Numbered from the stretch's first letter, positions 48,375-59,098 are shown. The stretch is 64,000 nt of DNA from an uncultured Anaerolineaceae bacterium (GCA_964475265.1 CAYYVY010000007.1:2985-66984); one strand, 5' to 3'. Notes: generated by a model not told the origin, from the letters alone. Made by a program: numbers and translations.

Positions 48375-49274
48375 TCAAATCGATCCCAGGAGCAATCCGA
48401 CTGCAACCAGGGTAGGTGTGAGCAAGGTGATCTGTACGTTCACACCCATGAACGGAATAAGCGCTTCGATTTCATCCGCAAATTGCTCTGCACCTTGAAT
48501 GGCACGCCAGGCGAGCGCCGCCGTCAGCAAGCCGAGCAACGACCATGCCGGCAGCAAGCCATACAGCACGGACAACACAACCGAAATGTACGTCAGCAGC
48601 AGGAAAACCGAGTAAATTCGAACGCTCTTCCTGCGGCCGATCACGATCGGGTAATGGCGCCTGCCGACATCCCGGTCCGCTTCGACGTCCGGGAACTGGT
48701 TGAGCAGCAGCAAATTGGACACGAGGAAAAACGGCACGAGGGAGGCGGCCCAGGCTTCGAGTGAGTATGTGCCAGTGAGTGCGTAATGCGTTCCCACGAC
48801 CATGACGGGACCGAATCCGATTCCCGGCGCAAACAAGCACAACAGCGGGAAGCGTGTGATCCAAACCGTGTACACGACGATGAGCAGGACACCGAGCAAA
48901 CCCAGCGGCAGTAAAGCGAGGCCGCGGACGGTCAGAAAATACACCCCGATCAACATGGTAATCGCCAGACTCACAATCCCGGTCCAAAGCGCATACAACG
49001 CCACTTCAGGTTTATCGGGTAACGTACCACTGCCGCCGCTGAAGGGTGTGCGTTCTGTCTTCGTGTCCAAGCGGCTCTTGAAATCGAAGTACTCGTTCAG
49101 CGCGTTGACGCTGATGTGCGCCGTCACGGCGCCGACAAGCGCCAGAATGACGTGAAGCACTTTCAAACCGCTGCTGTCCCACACTGCCGTGCCGATCCCC
49201 AAAAAAACGCACACGGGAGCCAGGATGAGAAAAGGGACCCGCATCGGGCCCAAGAGGTCTTTGACTTTGATCAT
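48375..49274 (-). CDS. UbiA-family aromatic prenyltransferase (MenA-like)
   Basis: The protein has 8-9 TM helices. 'NALNEYFDFKSRLD' and 'NQFPDVEADRDVGRRH' Asp-rich motifs are present. The ATG follows a GGAGGG ribosome-binding site. Confidence 0.85.
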   Translation of the reverse strand: MIKVKDLLGPMRVPFLILAPVCVFLGIGTAVWDSSGLKVLHVILALVGAVTAHISVNALNEYFDFKSRLDTKTERTPFSGGSGTLPDKPEVALYALWTGIVSLAITMLIGVYFLTVRGLALLPLGLLGVLLIVVYTVWITRFPLLCLFAPGIGFGPVMVVGTHYALTGTYSLEAWAASLVPFFLVSNLLLLNQFPDVEADRDVGRRHYPIVIGRRKSVRIYSVFLLLTYISVVLSVLYGLLPAWSLLGLLTAALAWRAIQGAEQFADEIEALIPFMGVNVQITLLTPTLVAVGLLLGSI

Positions 49275-49403
49275 CGTTCCCTCCGACAATCAGATTTGCA
49301 AACCGACACCGGAATTACAACACCTAAACAGGAAGTGAGGTTGCGTTCGGGAGTTAAGGAATCGAGTGATCTCACATCAGCCGGGGCGTTTCGTTATATA
49401 TAC

Positions 49404-49844
49404 TTACGAACGGCGTTCCAGTACGTGCTTGATCGCCTGCAAGCGCTTCTCCCACGTCTGGCGGAAAGCGGTGCCGATGAGGGGTGTAAAGAGCTTCATC
49501 ACACCCAGGGGATCGATCCACTCGTACACGGTCAATATCGTCCCATTAGCGTGCGGGACAAACGAAATGCGTAAATTTCCTCGCATCCCGCCTCCCTGCC
49601 AGGCATAAGTGATTTCCCTCTCCGGTTCGAATTGCCTGATCTCCGAGATCATATTCAGCGCCAGCAACGGCAGCATCTGCACTTTCTCCCGATATTGCAT
49701 TCCGACACTCACACGCCCTGGTGTAATCTTCTGCACCAGGAGTACCTTGGAATCCGCCTCCTGCGGATGGTTCTCGAAGTCCTTCATGAACGCAAACACC
49801 GCCGTCACCGGGCGGGAAATGCTGACCGTTCGGCGAAATTCCAT
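49404..49844 (-). CDS. SRPBCC (polyketide cyclase/START-like) protein
   Basis: 146 aa with a 'FRRTVSISRPVTAVFAFMKDFENHPQ' type N-terminus. The ATG follows an AGGAGGAAA ribosome-binding site. Confidence 0.65.
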   Translation of the reverse strand: MEFRRTVSISRPVTAVFAFMKDFENHPQEADSKVLLVQKITPGRVSVGMQYREKVQMLPLLALNMISEIRQFEPEREITYAWQGGGMRGNLRISFVPHANGTILTVYEWIDPLGVMKLFTPLIGTAFRQTWEKRLQAIKHVLERRS

Positions 49845-49983
49845 GGTTTCCTCCTTCTGGAAAATCGGCGGGCAGCCAGATGTGAGCCACGGACCTCGAA
49901 TGTGAAGGCGCGCACAGCAAGCCGACAGGTCAGGGTCACGTGCCCCTGAAGACCGTCCCGGTCCTGACACCGAAGCATGGCAA

Positions 49984-51843
49984 TCACTGATAGGGATCGA
50001 TTACATCGAAGCCGTGTACTATGCTCTGGCCTTCGTTGCCCGCTGCGTCCTTCGCGGTGGCGTAGTATGAAACTTCACCCTCATCATAGGGACCACCGAT
50101 GTAGGTGCAGCTTGTCGCATTGTTGCAGGTCTTGACGGGATTTTGGGGCCATGAAGCACCCACCTTGACCCAAATGTAGATTTTCGCTACCCCGATATTA
50201 TCCCCGGCTGTGGCCGTGAAGGTCACCGTGTCGTTGATCTCGGGAGCGCCTGGACTGTGGTTGATTTCTACCAGCGGTGGTGTGACGTCCTGGGGCTTAG
50301 GTGTAGGCGTGGGTGGCCACGGATATATCGGCAAGTCGTTGGGATCGCCGTAAAACGACACGACCGAGGCACCGACCCAGCAATCCGGAATGTCCACGAA
50401 CCACCAGCTGTTGTCGCCAACCCGGCCTTTCAGCCAATAATGTTGATCAACGCTGAGGTAATTCTCCACTACGCTGGAAAGATAGGGAGCAGAACGGCAA
50501 TTCACGGAGGATTCAGAAATGATAAATGGCATGGCATGAAAACCGAAATTCACGTCGCTGCGCACTTCCCCGGCACTCAAGCTGAGTTCCCATTCAGGCA
50601 AATTGGATGGATCGAAATCCTGAAGCGTTGGGTATGTCCAGTTGCCTTCACCCAACGGCGAATCGAACTCCCAAGGGATTGATCCCGCCGAATACGAAAG
50701 CTGAAGGCAGTACATACCCGCAAGCAAAGTATCGAAATCGTAGGAGTGCGGCCCCGAGCCAAGAACGCCAAAGGCGCCGGTCTGATCGGTAATACTGCCA
50801 GCCAATCGACCGCCTGAGTGATCTGCAGCACACGCGCCCTGATACAGGGAGACATCAATCTCATAGATGCCCCAGCGATTCTCATTCATCATTCCGTCGT
50901 TATCTTCATCCAGCCACACGATTCCACCGATGCCGCTTGATGCCTCGTCTCCGGTGTATTCCCAACCGAAGTCGATGCCCTCGACAATCTGCCCGTCGCT
51001 CTCGATCGCCCCCTTGATGTATGCCGTCCCGATGGGCATAGATTCGTGGATCGGATGCGTAAATCGCCCGGGGAGCAGGATCGTATCGTTGCCTGGATCT
51101 TCGGGGACGACGGTCACGCAGTACGTCCCAACGGGTGCAAAGTAGTAGTAATAGCCACTTTCGTCGGTCGGGCCAGACGATGCGAGTACGCCGCTTCCAA
51201 CCGGAGGGCATGCGCCTTGCGCGATGCGTACCTCGACGCCGGGAATACCGGCCTCGCCGTCATCCAGTACGCCGTTGCCAAAGGGAGCCCCTTCCACATT
51301 GGCGCAGCTATCCGGCAGGTCGAGGGGGTCGTAATCCTCCGGCAGTTCACATACATCCTGCCACACGCGACCGCTGATCACACCCGGCTGGCCTTCCGGT
51401 ACGGGAAGCGTTTGAAACGTGAAAGGCGCCGGACTCCACAGCAACTCGCCATCGGCGAGCAATGCCACCGTCCAATAGTAGAGTAAATCGACTTCCAGGT
51501 CGACATCGATCTGCCACTCGCGGGTCGCTGAATCTACCTCTTCGGAGATTAACGGGGTGCTGATTCCCTCATCGGTCCCGACCAGAACACGGAATTCCTC
51601 GGGCGAACAAAGTCCCAAGAAGCTCCAACGCAAATTAGGAGGCCTGCCGGCGACTGATTCTATAGCGTAAACGAAGGCGCCGTCAGTCGGTTCCAGCAAG
51701 CGCAGCGTAAAGTCGTCGATCGACGTACAGATTTCGTCCGGTGTGTCGGAAGGTTCAGGTGTGGGGAAATTGCAGGAGGTGAAAAGGGCGACAAAGAAAA
51801 TCCATATACTTTTCGTAAGGCGTTTTCCACCACGGATGGTCAT
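49984..51843 (-). CDS. Secreted/lipo-protein with two SdrD-B/CarboxypepD_reg-like domains and a C-terminal Ig-like domain
   Basis: A signal peptide ends in 'FTSC'. The domain repeats read 'GRVWQD...GIPGVEVRI...TDESGYYYF..GTYCVTV' and 'GIVWLDEDNDG...TDQTGAFG..GMYCLQL'. Confidence 0.65.
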   Translation of the reverse strand: MTIRGGKRLTKSIWIFFVALFTSCNFPTPEPSDTPDEICTSIDDFTLRLLEPTDGAFVYAIESVAGRPPNLRWSFLGLCSPEEFRVLVGTDEGISTPLISEEVDSATREWQIDVDLEVDLLYYWTVALLADGELLWSPAPFTFQTLPVPEGQPGVISGRVWQDVCELPEDYDPLDLPDSCANVEGAPFGNGVLDDGEAGIPGVEVRIAQGACPPVGSGVLASSGPTDESGYYYYFAPVGTYCVTVVPEDPGNDTILLPGRFTHPIHESMPIGTAYIKGAIESDGQIVEGIDFGWEYTGDEASSGIGGIVWLDEDNDGMMNENRWGIYEIDVSLYQGACAADHSGGRLAGSITDQTGAFGVLGSGPHSYDFDTLLAGMYCLQLSYSAGSIPWEFDSPLGEGNWTYPTLQDFDPSNLPEWELSLSAGEVRSDVNFGFHAMPFIISESSVNCRSAPYLSSVVENYLSVDQHYWLKGRVGDNSWWFVDIPDCWVGASVVSFYGDPNDLPIYPWPPTPTPKPQDVTPPLVEINHSPGAPEINDTVTFTATAGDNIGVAKIYIWVKVGASWPQNPVKTCNNATSCTYIGGPYDEGEVSYYATAKDAAGNEGQSIVHGFDVIDPYQ

Positions 51844-51902
51844 CTGATTCTTCCTCTCATTTCAAGCGAATGGGGTTGAACAAGCTCGAACATCTCAAGA
51901 CG

Positions 51903-51911
51903 ATTATAGCA
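51903..51911 (-). promoter_or_regulatory. Extended -10 promoter element for the 619-aa lipoprotein gene
   Basis: The minus strand reads TGCTATAAT (TGnTATAAT). It lies about 60 nt upstream of the ATG at 51843. Confidence 0.4.
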
Positions 51912-52060
51912 TCGAGACTGTCGAGATTAATACACCAATGGCACATCCACAACAAAAATCGTATTGACGATTAATTAATGGAAAATCTCCATCTCCTCAA
52001 CCTCATATCCCGCCTCCCAACGATCAGATCGAAATCGAGGTGGAACGATAGTTCTTTGAA

Positions 52061-52507
52061 TCACGATCCGGTGTCAGATGCAAATAACGATAGGAAGAAA
52101 TCCCCGACAGCTCGCCATAAACCCCATATACCGGCAACGATCAGCACCGTGGAAAACAGCAGCCCAGCAACAAGCAGATAATTCTCTGCGAACACGGCCA
52201 CGAGCAGATCCCAGGTCACACCCGACGTATCAAAGGGGTAGAGCGCGAGCTGCGTCGCCAGATGATAGACACTTTCTACCGCAAGAAGGATACCTGCAAG
52301 AAACGTGAAGAGCGCGATGCCCCCGTAAACGACATTTCGCCGTAACGTTACTTCCCGCGTACTTTCCAGCAGGATCTCATCGACCAGTGCTTCCGCTTGC
52401 GGCCAGGATAAGCCATGTTTTTCGCAAATCGCGAAGAGGATATCGTCTCTGCCTACACCCCGCGTAGTCCGATCAATGATGAAGTCCTTCAATTTCGTGC
52501 GATCCAT
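52061..52507 (-). CDS. Hypothetical membrane protein (soluble N-domain plus 3 TM)
   Basis: 148-aa ORF placed 3 nt downstream of the preceding lipoprotein gene. No known motif. Confidence 0.5.
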   Translation of the reverse strand: MDRTKLKDFIIDRTTRGVGRDDILFAICEKHGLSWPQAEALVDEILLESTREVTLRRNVVYGGIALFTFLAGILLAVESVYHLATQLALYPFDTSGVTWDLLVAVFAENYLLVAGLLFSTVLIVAGIWGLWRAVGDFFLSLFASDTGS

Positions 52508-52510
52508 AAT

Positions 52511-53323
52511 TCATTCCGCAATAAACTCAAAACTCTCCACCATCTGCGTGTCATAAGTTTCGCTATAGTCCGCATCTGCCGGGAAGTGATAGGACTGGCC
52601 GGTGAGCCAGGTGGCCGCTTTCCCCAGCTCTGGTGAGTAGAAAAAAACATAGCCGCCGTTCAGCAAGCATGTCGATTCCTCGAGCGGCTTGCCGTCGCCC
52701 TGCACCTGAACCCTTTGATAATCATGTCCTTCGACCGGCGACATCTCCCCCACGCTGAAGCACTCGCCGTAGACCGCATCAACCAGCTCTTCCAAATCCG
52801 CCTCGGAGGCGACGTCCCGCACTACGATTTCCCAAAAAAAGCTCGTCGTTTCGCTTGCCAGCATGCGCTCGAGATCGTTCTGCACCCGCTCGCAGCCGTC
52901 GAATTCGCTCCGGTAACCATTCCCGGAGGGGACCTGCGTGGGCAGCGTGAGTTCGGAATAGAATTCGCTGGCCACGAAAACCCGATCCTGACCTTCGATC
53001 ACGACGACGGGAACGACGCCGCCCGAGGGACGGTAGGAACTGTCGGTCTCCGTCTCGTTCCAGTAACAATCCGCATCGAAACGATAGTGCTGTTTGGGAA
53101 CGCGCAGCGTGAAGCCCAATCGGTGGTTGGTGTATTGATTCCACACGTCATCGATGGAGATGAGTTCCGCTGCGGTTGGGGGTTCGGCGGCTTGGACAGT
53201 CGCCGTCGGATTCGAATCATCCAGCGAACTGCTCGTTGAAGTCGTTGCTATGGAACCGGAATCGCATGCAACGAGCAGCAAACACGCGAGAACGAACACA
53301 ACGGGGTTTACCAGCTTTTTCAT
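52511..53323 (-). CDS. Hypothetical lipoprotein
   Basis: Signal peptide with the canonical lipobox 'LLLVAC'. 270 aa. Confidence 0.6.
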   Translation of the reverse strand: MKKLVNPVVFVLACLLLVACDSGSIATTSTSSSLDDSNPTATVQAAEPPTAAELISIDDVWNQYTNHRLGFTLRVPKQHYRFDADCYWNETETDSSYRPSGGVVPVVVIEGQDRVFVASEFYSELTLPTQVPSGNGYRSEFDGCERVQNDLERMLASETTSFFWEIVVRDVASEADLEELVDAVYGECFSVGEMSPVEGHDYQRVQVQGDGKPLEESTCLLNGGYVFFYSPELGKAATWLTGQSYHFPADADYSETYDTQMVESFEFIAE

Positions 53324-53401
53324 TTGGATGAACCCATCCTCTCGCAGAACTTCAAGCCTCGTAATCGGTTCCCGGACAATATCATCTTTACTGCACGCAG
53401 A

Positions 53402-54019
53402 TCAGTCGATTTCTTGCACTGCTCTGCCGCTGGCTTGCGCAAGAAAATCTTTGAACACCTCGATCTCTACTTGTTTCTCAACGACTCGCTTGGGAATAAT
53501 CAGGTAATCCTGATTGCTGGTAAATATCAAAAAGCCCTCTCGATAGGCGCAGATTTCCTTCACGCGCGGCCACCCCAGCCAGGTCTTCCAATCCCTGAGA
53601 TTCATCTGCAGCGCTTCTGAATCGACGACGATTTCGTACGCCTCATTTTCAGCTTGATTCTTACGAAAAGCACGCTTGATGCGCCAGCGGAGCAGCGTTT
53701 CGTCGAGGTTGAGAATCGAGGCAGCGAGAATAAGGATCAGAATGGCGAGTATGATGGCACCGACTTTGATCAATTCATTGACCTCCGGATTCCCACTCAT
53801 ATGCCTGATCAACACCGAGATGATGAATAGCAGGGCGAATTGGATCAATTCAATCACAATGGCGGCTACCAGAATCACCATAATTATTTTGCGGAATTTA
53901 TAAAACGGCCGGAGCTTTTGACGGGCCGTATGCGCAGATAATATATCGTCAAGTTCAGTAGTAAGTACAAACGTGAATCTCTTGCCCGAACTCACATCGT
54001 CTGCCACGGTCGACTCCAT
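53402..54019 (-). CDS. YcxB-like membrane protein (tentative)
   Basis: Two TM helices are followed by a C-terminal segment ('W..V..I....EGFLIFTSNQDYLIIPKR') that resembles the YcxB-like domain. Confidence 0.5.
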   Translation of the reverse strand: MESTVADDVSSGKRFTFVLTTELDDILSAHTARQKLRPFYKFRKIIMVILVAAIVIELIQFALLFIISVLIRHMSGNPEVNELIKVGAIILAILILILAASILNLDETLLRWRIKRAFRKNQAENEAYEIVVDSEALQMNLRDWKTWLGWPRVKEICAYREGFLIFTSNQDYLIIPKRVVEKQVEIEVFKDFLAQASGRAVQEID

Positions 54020-54045
54020 GATTCATTATCCTTTGGGCACCGTAC

Positions 54046-56358
54046 TCAGGCGATTGCCGTCAACTCGTCGTCCATGCAGCGCAAAGTCATGTCCACGTCG
54101 TCCTTCGTCAGCACCATGGGTGGTTTGATCTTAATCACGTTGTGAAACGGACCATCCGTACTGAGCAGAATGCCACGTTCGTTGAGGCGCTGGACCAGTT
54201 CATTCGCCTCTTCCGCGGCCGGCTCGAGCGTATCCCCATCGCGAACCAGCTCGACGCCGATGAACAGCCCCGCGCCGCGCACGTCACCGATGAGGGTGTG
54301 CTTCTGCATGATCTGTCGCAAACCCTCCTGAAAGCGCTCGCCCAATTCGAGTGCCCGCTGCTGCAATTTCTCGTCTCGAATTATATCCAGCACGGCCAGT
54401 CCGATCGAACAGGAGACCGGGTTTCCGCCAAAGGTGGAGAAGAATTCCATACCGCTGGTGAACGAAGCCGCGATTTCTGCAGTCGTCACGACCGCCGCCA
54501 TGGGATGGCCGTTGCCGATGGGCTTGCCCATGACGACGATGTCGGGCAGCACGTCTTGCAGTTCGAAGGCCCAGAAGTGGCTGCCCGCGCGCCCGAAACC
54601 GGTTTGCACCTCATCCGCGATACAAACCCCACCCGCTTCACGCACGTACCGAAAGGCCGTCTCCAGGTAACCTGCCGGCGGCACGATTTGCCCTCCGCAG
54701 GACATCAACGGCTCAACCAGAAACCCCGCAATCGGAGCGTCCGCTCGCCGGATCACCTTTTCCACTTCATCACCGTATGCGACACCCGCCTCGCGTCCCC
54801 CTCCCTTGTGCTTCCCGCGATACCCGTCCGGCATGGGAACGACGTGCACCCACGACTCTGCTTTACCGCTGCCGCCCGGTCCGCTGAATTTGTAGGGACT
54901 GAGTGCAATCAGGTTCGACGTGTGTCCATGATAGGCACCTTCGACCACCAGAAAATCCCTGGCGCCCGTGTGCTTCGCAGCCAGACGCAGTGCCAACTCG
55001 TTCGCCTCGCTGCCCGAGTTGAGCATAAAAACGGTTGTGAGCGAATCGGGCAGCGTTTCACACAAACGTGCGGCGTAATCCGTCAGGCCGTCGTACAGAT
55101 AACGCGTGTTTGTATTCAACTGCGCCATCTGGCGCTGACCCGCCTCGACGACGCGCGGGTGACAATGCCCCACGTGACACACGTTGTTAACCAGATCGAG
55201 GAATGGTCTACCGCGTTGGTCAAAAAGGTACTGGCCTTCCCCACGAATCATCTTGTGCGGTTGGCGGTAGGCAATGGAAAGCGCCGGACTGATGTAGCGA
55301 CTTCGTTTATCGAGCAGCACTTGCTCCGAAGCGCCCGAATCTCGGAAGGGATGGACGTCGATTTTCGAGGTCAGGCGCTTCCCGGCCTCGACAGGATCGA
55401 TTGCGCAAAGCCGTTCCATCAGGTCCCAGGCACGCGCTTCCGTGGTGAACCAGGAGGTATGATCGGGATCGATGCGGCGACGTTCTGCGGCGATGAGCGC
55501 CGAGGTGCACAAACGTCCGCAGATCAAGGGAAAGAGAACAGCGACTTCGCTTTCGAGTAGAGGCCGGATGGAATTGTAGCCGCTTACGATTTCGGAGCCG
55601 GCAAGCAAGGGATCGGGCCGATCGAGGATGGCATACACCAGCGCGATGGCGAGTTCTGATACTGTCGGATTGCGCAGCGTGTCGCTGAAATCAAGCAGAC
55701 CCGAGACGCGCCCGTCCTGTACGATCACGTTCTCATCGTTGATGTCGCCGTGGATGATGCTCTGCGGCAGTTCCGCAAGCCGCGGCACGGCACAGGCGGC
55801 ATAGAGTTGAAACAGCCACTCCAGGACGCCTCTCCGTTCGGCATCCTGGATCAAGTCGATCTTGCTGCGGTGCTGTGCAGCTTGTGTCAAATCCCAGCAA
55901 TGCGTTCGCCGGGCTAGCGGATGATCGAATGCGGCGAGTGCTATATCGAGCGCGGCTAAAACCTCACCCAGATGCCGGAGCTGATCGTTGCCCGGCACCC
56001 CTGCCGCAATCCAGGGCATTCCCGAGACGAACTCGAATAAGCGGGCGCGCAATGGATTTTTATCACGGGTGCTGTAGGACGCTTCCTCCGCACCCGATCG
56101 TGTGGGCACCTGCCGCGGCAAATCCAAATCCACACCCGCGGCCTGCAGATGGGCCACGATTTGTTGCTCCATCTCGAGCACACCACTCGAGATACGCTCC
56201 GTTATCAACTTGAGAACGTAGCGCCGGCCATCCTCCAGCGCGACGAGATAATTTTCGTTTTCGCCGCTGAGCGGCGTGATCTCGCCGTGCAAGCCATATT
56301 CGACTTGGACCAATTCAGCCAATGTGTCCAGGGATGGAAGCGAACGCTCTACTTTCAT
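54046..56358 (-). CDS. Fusion protein: N-terminal aminoglycoside/hydroxylysine-kinase-like phosphotransferase plus C-terminal class-III aminotransferase-fold (phospho-lyase-like) domain
   Basis: The N-terminal half has the APH catalytic loop '[13 protein letters not shown]...LLDFSD'. The C-terminal half has '[14 protein letters not shown]', '[18 protein letters not shown]' and the PLP-Lys motif '[13 protein letters not shown]'. Confidence 0.85.
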   Translation of the reverse strand: MKVERSLPSLDTLAELVQVEYGLHGEITPLSGENENYLVALEDGRRYVLKLITERISSGVLEMEQQIVAHLQAAGVDLDLPRQVPTRSGAEEASYSTRDKNPLRARLFEFVSGMPWIAAGVPGNDQLRHLGEVLAALDIALAAFDHPLARRTHCWDLTQAAQHRSKIDLIQDAERRGVLEWLFQLYAACAVPRLAELPQSIIHGDINDENVIVQDGRVSGLLDFSDTLRNPTVSELAIALVYAILDRPDPLLAGSEIVSGYNSIRPLLESEVAVLFPLICGRLCTSALIAAERRRIDPDHTSWFTTEARAWDLMERLCAIDPVEAGKRLTSKIDVHPFRDSGASEQVLLDKRSRYISPALSIAYRQPHKMIRGEGQYLFDQRGRPFLDLVNNVCHVGHCHPRVVEAGQRQMAQLNTNTRYLYDGLTDYAARLCETLPDSLTTVFMLNSGSEANELALRLAAKHTGARDFLVVEGAYHGHTSNLIALSPYKFSGPGGSGKAESWVHVVPMPDGYRGKHKGGGREAGVAYGDEVEKVIRRADAPIAGFLVEPLMSCGGQIVPPAGYLETAFRYVREAGGVCIADEVQTGFGRAGSHFWAFELQDVLPDIVVMGKPIGNGHPMAAVVTTAEIAASFTSGMEFFSTFGGNPVSCSIGLAVLDIIRDEKLQQRALELGERFQEGLRQIMQKHTLIGDVRGAGLFIGVELVRDGDTLEPAAEEANELVQRLNERGILLSTDGPFHNVIKIKPPMVLTKDDVDMTLRCMDDELTAIA

Positions 56359-56774
56359 TTCAAACGTCTTCCCATGCTGAGGCGCTCTTCAATCTCGTAT
56401 CCAAGCGTTCGGTAAAAATCGACCACGGCCGCATTCGTGGCGCGCACCTGAAGGTTGATCTTCGGACAGCCAATCCCGGCCAGCCCGGCCTCCACGCGTT
56501 TAACCAACGCCGTACCAATGCCCTGCCTGCGATACTGAGGATGCACGGCGACGTAGTACAGCCAGCCACGATGCCCATCGTACCCGCCCATCGCAGTGCC
56601 GACCAGCTCTCCATTGACGTGCGACACGTAGAAATACTCCCGCTGAACTGCAAGCTTGCGCTCGATATCCTCTTCGGGAACGTTCCACGAGGACGAATCG
56701 GGGAAAACCGTGCGCCATAATGCGGCGACGTCCGCTTGGTCGGACTCTGTATAGGCTCGTATTTCCATCTGCAT
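56355..56774 (-). CDS. GNAT-family N-acetyltransferase
   Basis: The acetyl-CoA motif 'VAVHPQYRRQGIGTALV' is present. Its stop overlaps the start of the fusion gene (ATGA). Confidence 0.85.
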   Translation of the reverse strand: MQMEIRAYTESDQADVAALWRTVFPDSSSWNVPEEDIERKLAVQREYFYVSHVNGELVGTAMGGYDGHRGWLYYVAVHPQYRRQGIGTALVKRVEAGLAGIGCPKINLQVRATNAAVVDFYRTLGYEIEERLSMGRRLK

Positions 56775-56875
56775 CTCTTCTCGGAGGTCTCGCCTCTCGA
56801 TCTACATCATCTCACATCGTTTCGTTCAATCGGCCTGGCGATTGTGAAGCGTAAGTGGAAGACCGAAAAGCGGTA

Positions 56876-58495
56876 TTAGTGATTCTCGATGCGCTCCAGA
56901 CTATACAGTGTATTCCAGAAATAGGAATAGTAACTTTCATCCGGCAGTAGGGGATAATCCTTATCGAAGTAAAGGTTCAAGAGAACCCGGAACGAATTTA
57001 CAGGGCTGATCCCGGGATAGAGGGATTCCGTACTTTTCTCTGGAAGGCAGTACACATTCAGAATTGAAAAAGTCTCGTGAAGGGCTCGCGCAGAGGGAGC
57101 TTTCCAGTCCAATAATGACCGCGGACCATGATCTGCCTGTAAGACGATCACCGGTGGAGTACCGGGCTTGGAAAGTATCGCATCAACGATATGCTCCAAC
57201 CTCCCATTAAGATACTGCAGCTGTTGCACGTAACCCGAATGATACTCCTCCAAACTACCCTCAAAATCACTGCCATCCATGAAATTGAAAGGTCGATCGG
57301 GTAAATCGATCGTTCCATCGGCCTGGAATACGAAGGGAAGATGGGGCAAGATGATGTGGGCAAATACAAACTTCGGGCTGGGGATGACTTCGAGGGCGGG
57401 CAGCGTATCGAGAATGTATTCTTGCCGTGCGATGTGGCCACTGTAGGATGCGCCGAAGGCCAGTCGATTGAAAAGGGTCGAGATCTTGGCAGGATAAACG
57501 ACAATCGAGTGCGAGAGTAGAATCGATTCGAAAGGGTTCAAGCCGTGAATGATCGGATCGAGTTGATAATCAGCGGATGTGATATCGGTCAGAGAGAAAC
57601 CTGATTCAAACGTGACAATGTTGTAGCCCATCTCGCGAAAGGTTTGCATGACCAGGTTCTGATTCAGATAGCTGGAGAGAACACTTTCTGGAAGGGTTCT
57701 GGGTTCTGAGGCGGGGATTACGTTCTGCACGTAATTGAGATTCAACGAAGAGATCATACACAGCGCAGTTTTTGTGTAATTGGCGATGCTTTCCCGAGCG
57801 ACGTAGCACCCATGCGATTCGAGGAAGTCGAGAAAGTCTGAATTGTCGTACCCATAGATTTCGCGCAGTACATCTGCCCTGCCATATGCGTCCAGGATCA
57901 GATAGTAAACGTCCGGAAGTTCGCCGAGATCTTCCGTCCCTGCTACCTCAATCACAGAACTTGAATTTTGATTCGTATCGAATTTCGTCAGCGTGACGAT
58001 ATGGCGGCCGAGGAGGATCGTCGAGGTGATGATCGAGGAAAGGACGAAAATATTGAGCAGCACATCTACCGCGCGCAGCCAGTTTGGACGCTTGTGGATC
58101 ATGAAAATGATCCCGAACACGAGACAAATCGGAACAAGAAAGGTAAACGTCAGGGCAATGCGATTCTCTTGATCCTGGATGCCTGCGAACTTTGGTCCGA
58201 AAAAGACGGTCAATGTGGCGGTCACCCACGAGGGAATCCGTCCAAACTGCAGGAACACGATCAGAAGCAGCGAGCTGGTGACCGCCGAAGTTTTCCAACC
58301 TTTGGATATTTTCTTGATTCCGACGAACAATACGGTGCCCAGGCCAAGATAGGTCAAACCAGGCCGGATGATCCAGGATAGCTCCACCCGATCTGCGTTT
58401 ACACCCAGCAAGGCCAGCACAGGCATGAGAGCCACTCCCACGACTTGCAGGATGGCGCTGTGTGGAGATTCCTGTTGTCTCGGAGGTGCTTGCAT
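56876..58495 (-). CDS. Membrane-anchored sulfatase/alkaline-phosphatase-superfamily protein (LTA-synthase/PEA-transferase-like)
   Basis: About 5 N-terminal TM helices are followed by 'DVYYLILDAYGR', 'FVFAHIILPHLPF' and 'VIVLQADHGP'. Confidence 0.6.
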   Translation of the reverse strand: MQAPPRQQESPHSAILQVVGVALMPVLALLGVNADRVELSWIIRPGLTYLGLGTVLFVGIKKISKGWKTSAVTSSLLLIVFLQFGRIPSWVTATLTVFFGPKFAGIQDQENRIALTFTFLVPICLVFGIIFMIHKRPNWLRAVDVLLNIFVLSSIITSTILLGRHIVTLTKFDTNQNSSSVIEVAGTEDLGELPDVYYLILDAYGRADVLREIYGYDNSDFLDFLESHGCYVARESIANYTKTALCMISSLNLNYVQNVIPASEPRTLPESVLSSYLNQNLVMQTFREMGYNIVTFESGFSLTDITSADYQLDPIIHGLNPFESILLSHSIVVYPAKISTLFNRLAFGASYSGHIARQEYILDTLPALEVIPSPKFVFAHIILPHLPFVFQADGTIDLPDRPFNFMDGSDFEGSLEEYHSGYVQQLQYLNGRLEHIVDAILSKPGTPPVIVLQADHGPRSLLDWKAPSARALHETFSILNVYCLPEKSTESLYPGISPVNSFRVLLNLYFDKDYPLLPDESYYSYFWNTLYSLERIENH

Positions 58496-58582
58496 GATTG
58501 TAGATGATAAAACAGAAGCGGCCCGAATAAAAGCATCCGGGCAATTTCACGCGGCCGCCAACGGATGCTTTCGTAGCTTGTA

Positions 58583-59098
58583 TCAGAATATATAAGGGAT
58601 GAACATCCTGGTCGCCTCCATGTAATCCGCATAGGTCTGGCCAAAGCGCTTGAGATTGTCCACCTCTTCCACTCTGGCTGTGGCGTACAAGAACACGGCC
58701 AGAAGAATCACGAGCACCAGGCCGTACTCCGAAGGCGATTTCAGGAACGCCCCCAGACCGAGAAGCAGTAAAGAGCCGTAAAGCGGATGGCGGATAAATC
58801 GGTACGCGCCTGTGGTGACCACTTCCGTCGTGTTTTCCAGATCTTCTTGCGGTGCGCCAAACGAGCGGAGCATGTGGAAGCCATGCAGCGCGAGCAGGAG
58901 AGAGCCGACGAGCAGAAGCCAGGATAGGATTTGCAACACAGATGCCGGATCGAGAAACCAAAAGTCTGCATTGAGTACAACCAGGCCGAGGGTACACTCA
59001 AAGGCGAAGAACCGAAAGAAACGATGCCGATAAGGTCGGCGAAGCGTAAAGAACAATAAGAGCAAGGATAGTACAAGGAAGAGGATGGTTTTTATCAT
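58583..59098 (-). CDS. Isoprenylcysteine carboxyl methyltransferase (ICMT/PEMT)-family membrane methyltransferase
   Basis: 'VVTTGAYRFIRHPLYGSLLLLGLG' is present. The ATG is at 59098. Confidence 0.75.
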   Translation of the reverse strand: MIKTILFLVLSLLLLFFTLRRPYRHRFFRFFAFECTLGLVVLNADFWFLDPASVLQILSWLLLVGSLLLALHGFHMLRSFGAPQEDLENTTEVVTTGAYRFIRHPLYGSLLLLGLGAFLKSPSEYGLVLVILLAVFLYATARVEEVDNLKRFGQTYADYMEATRMFIPYIF

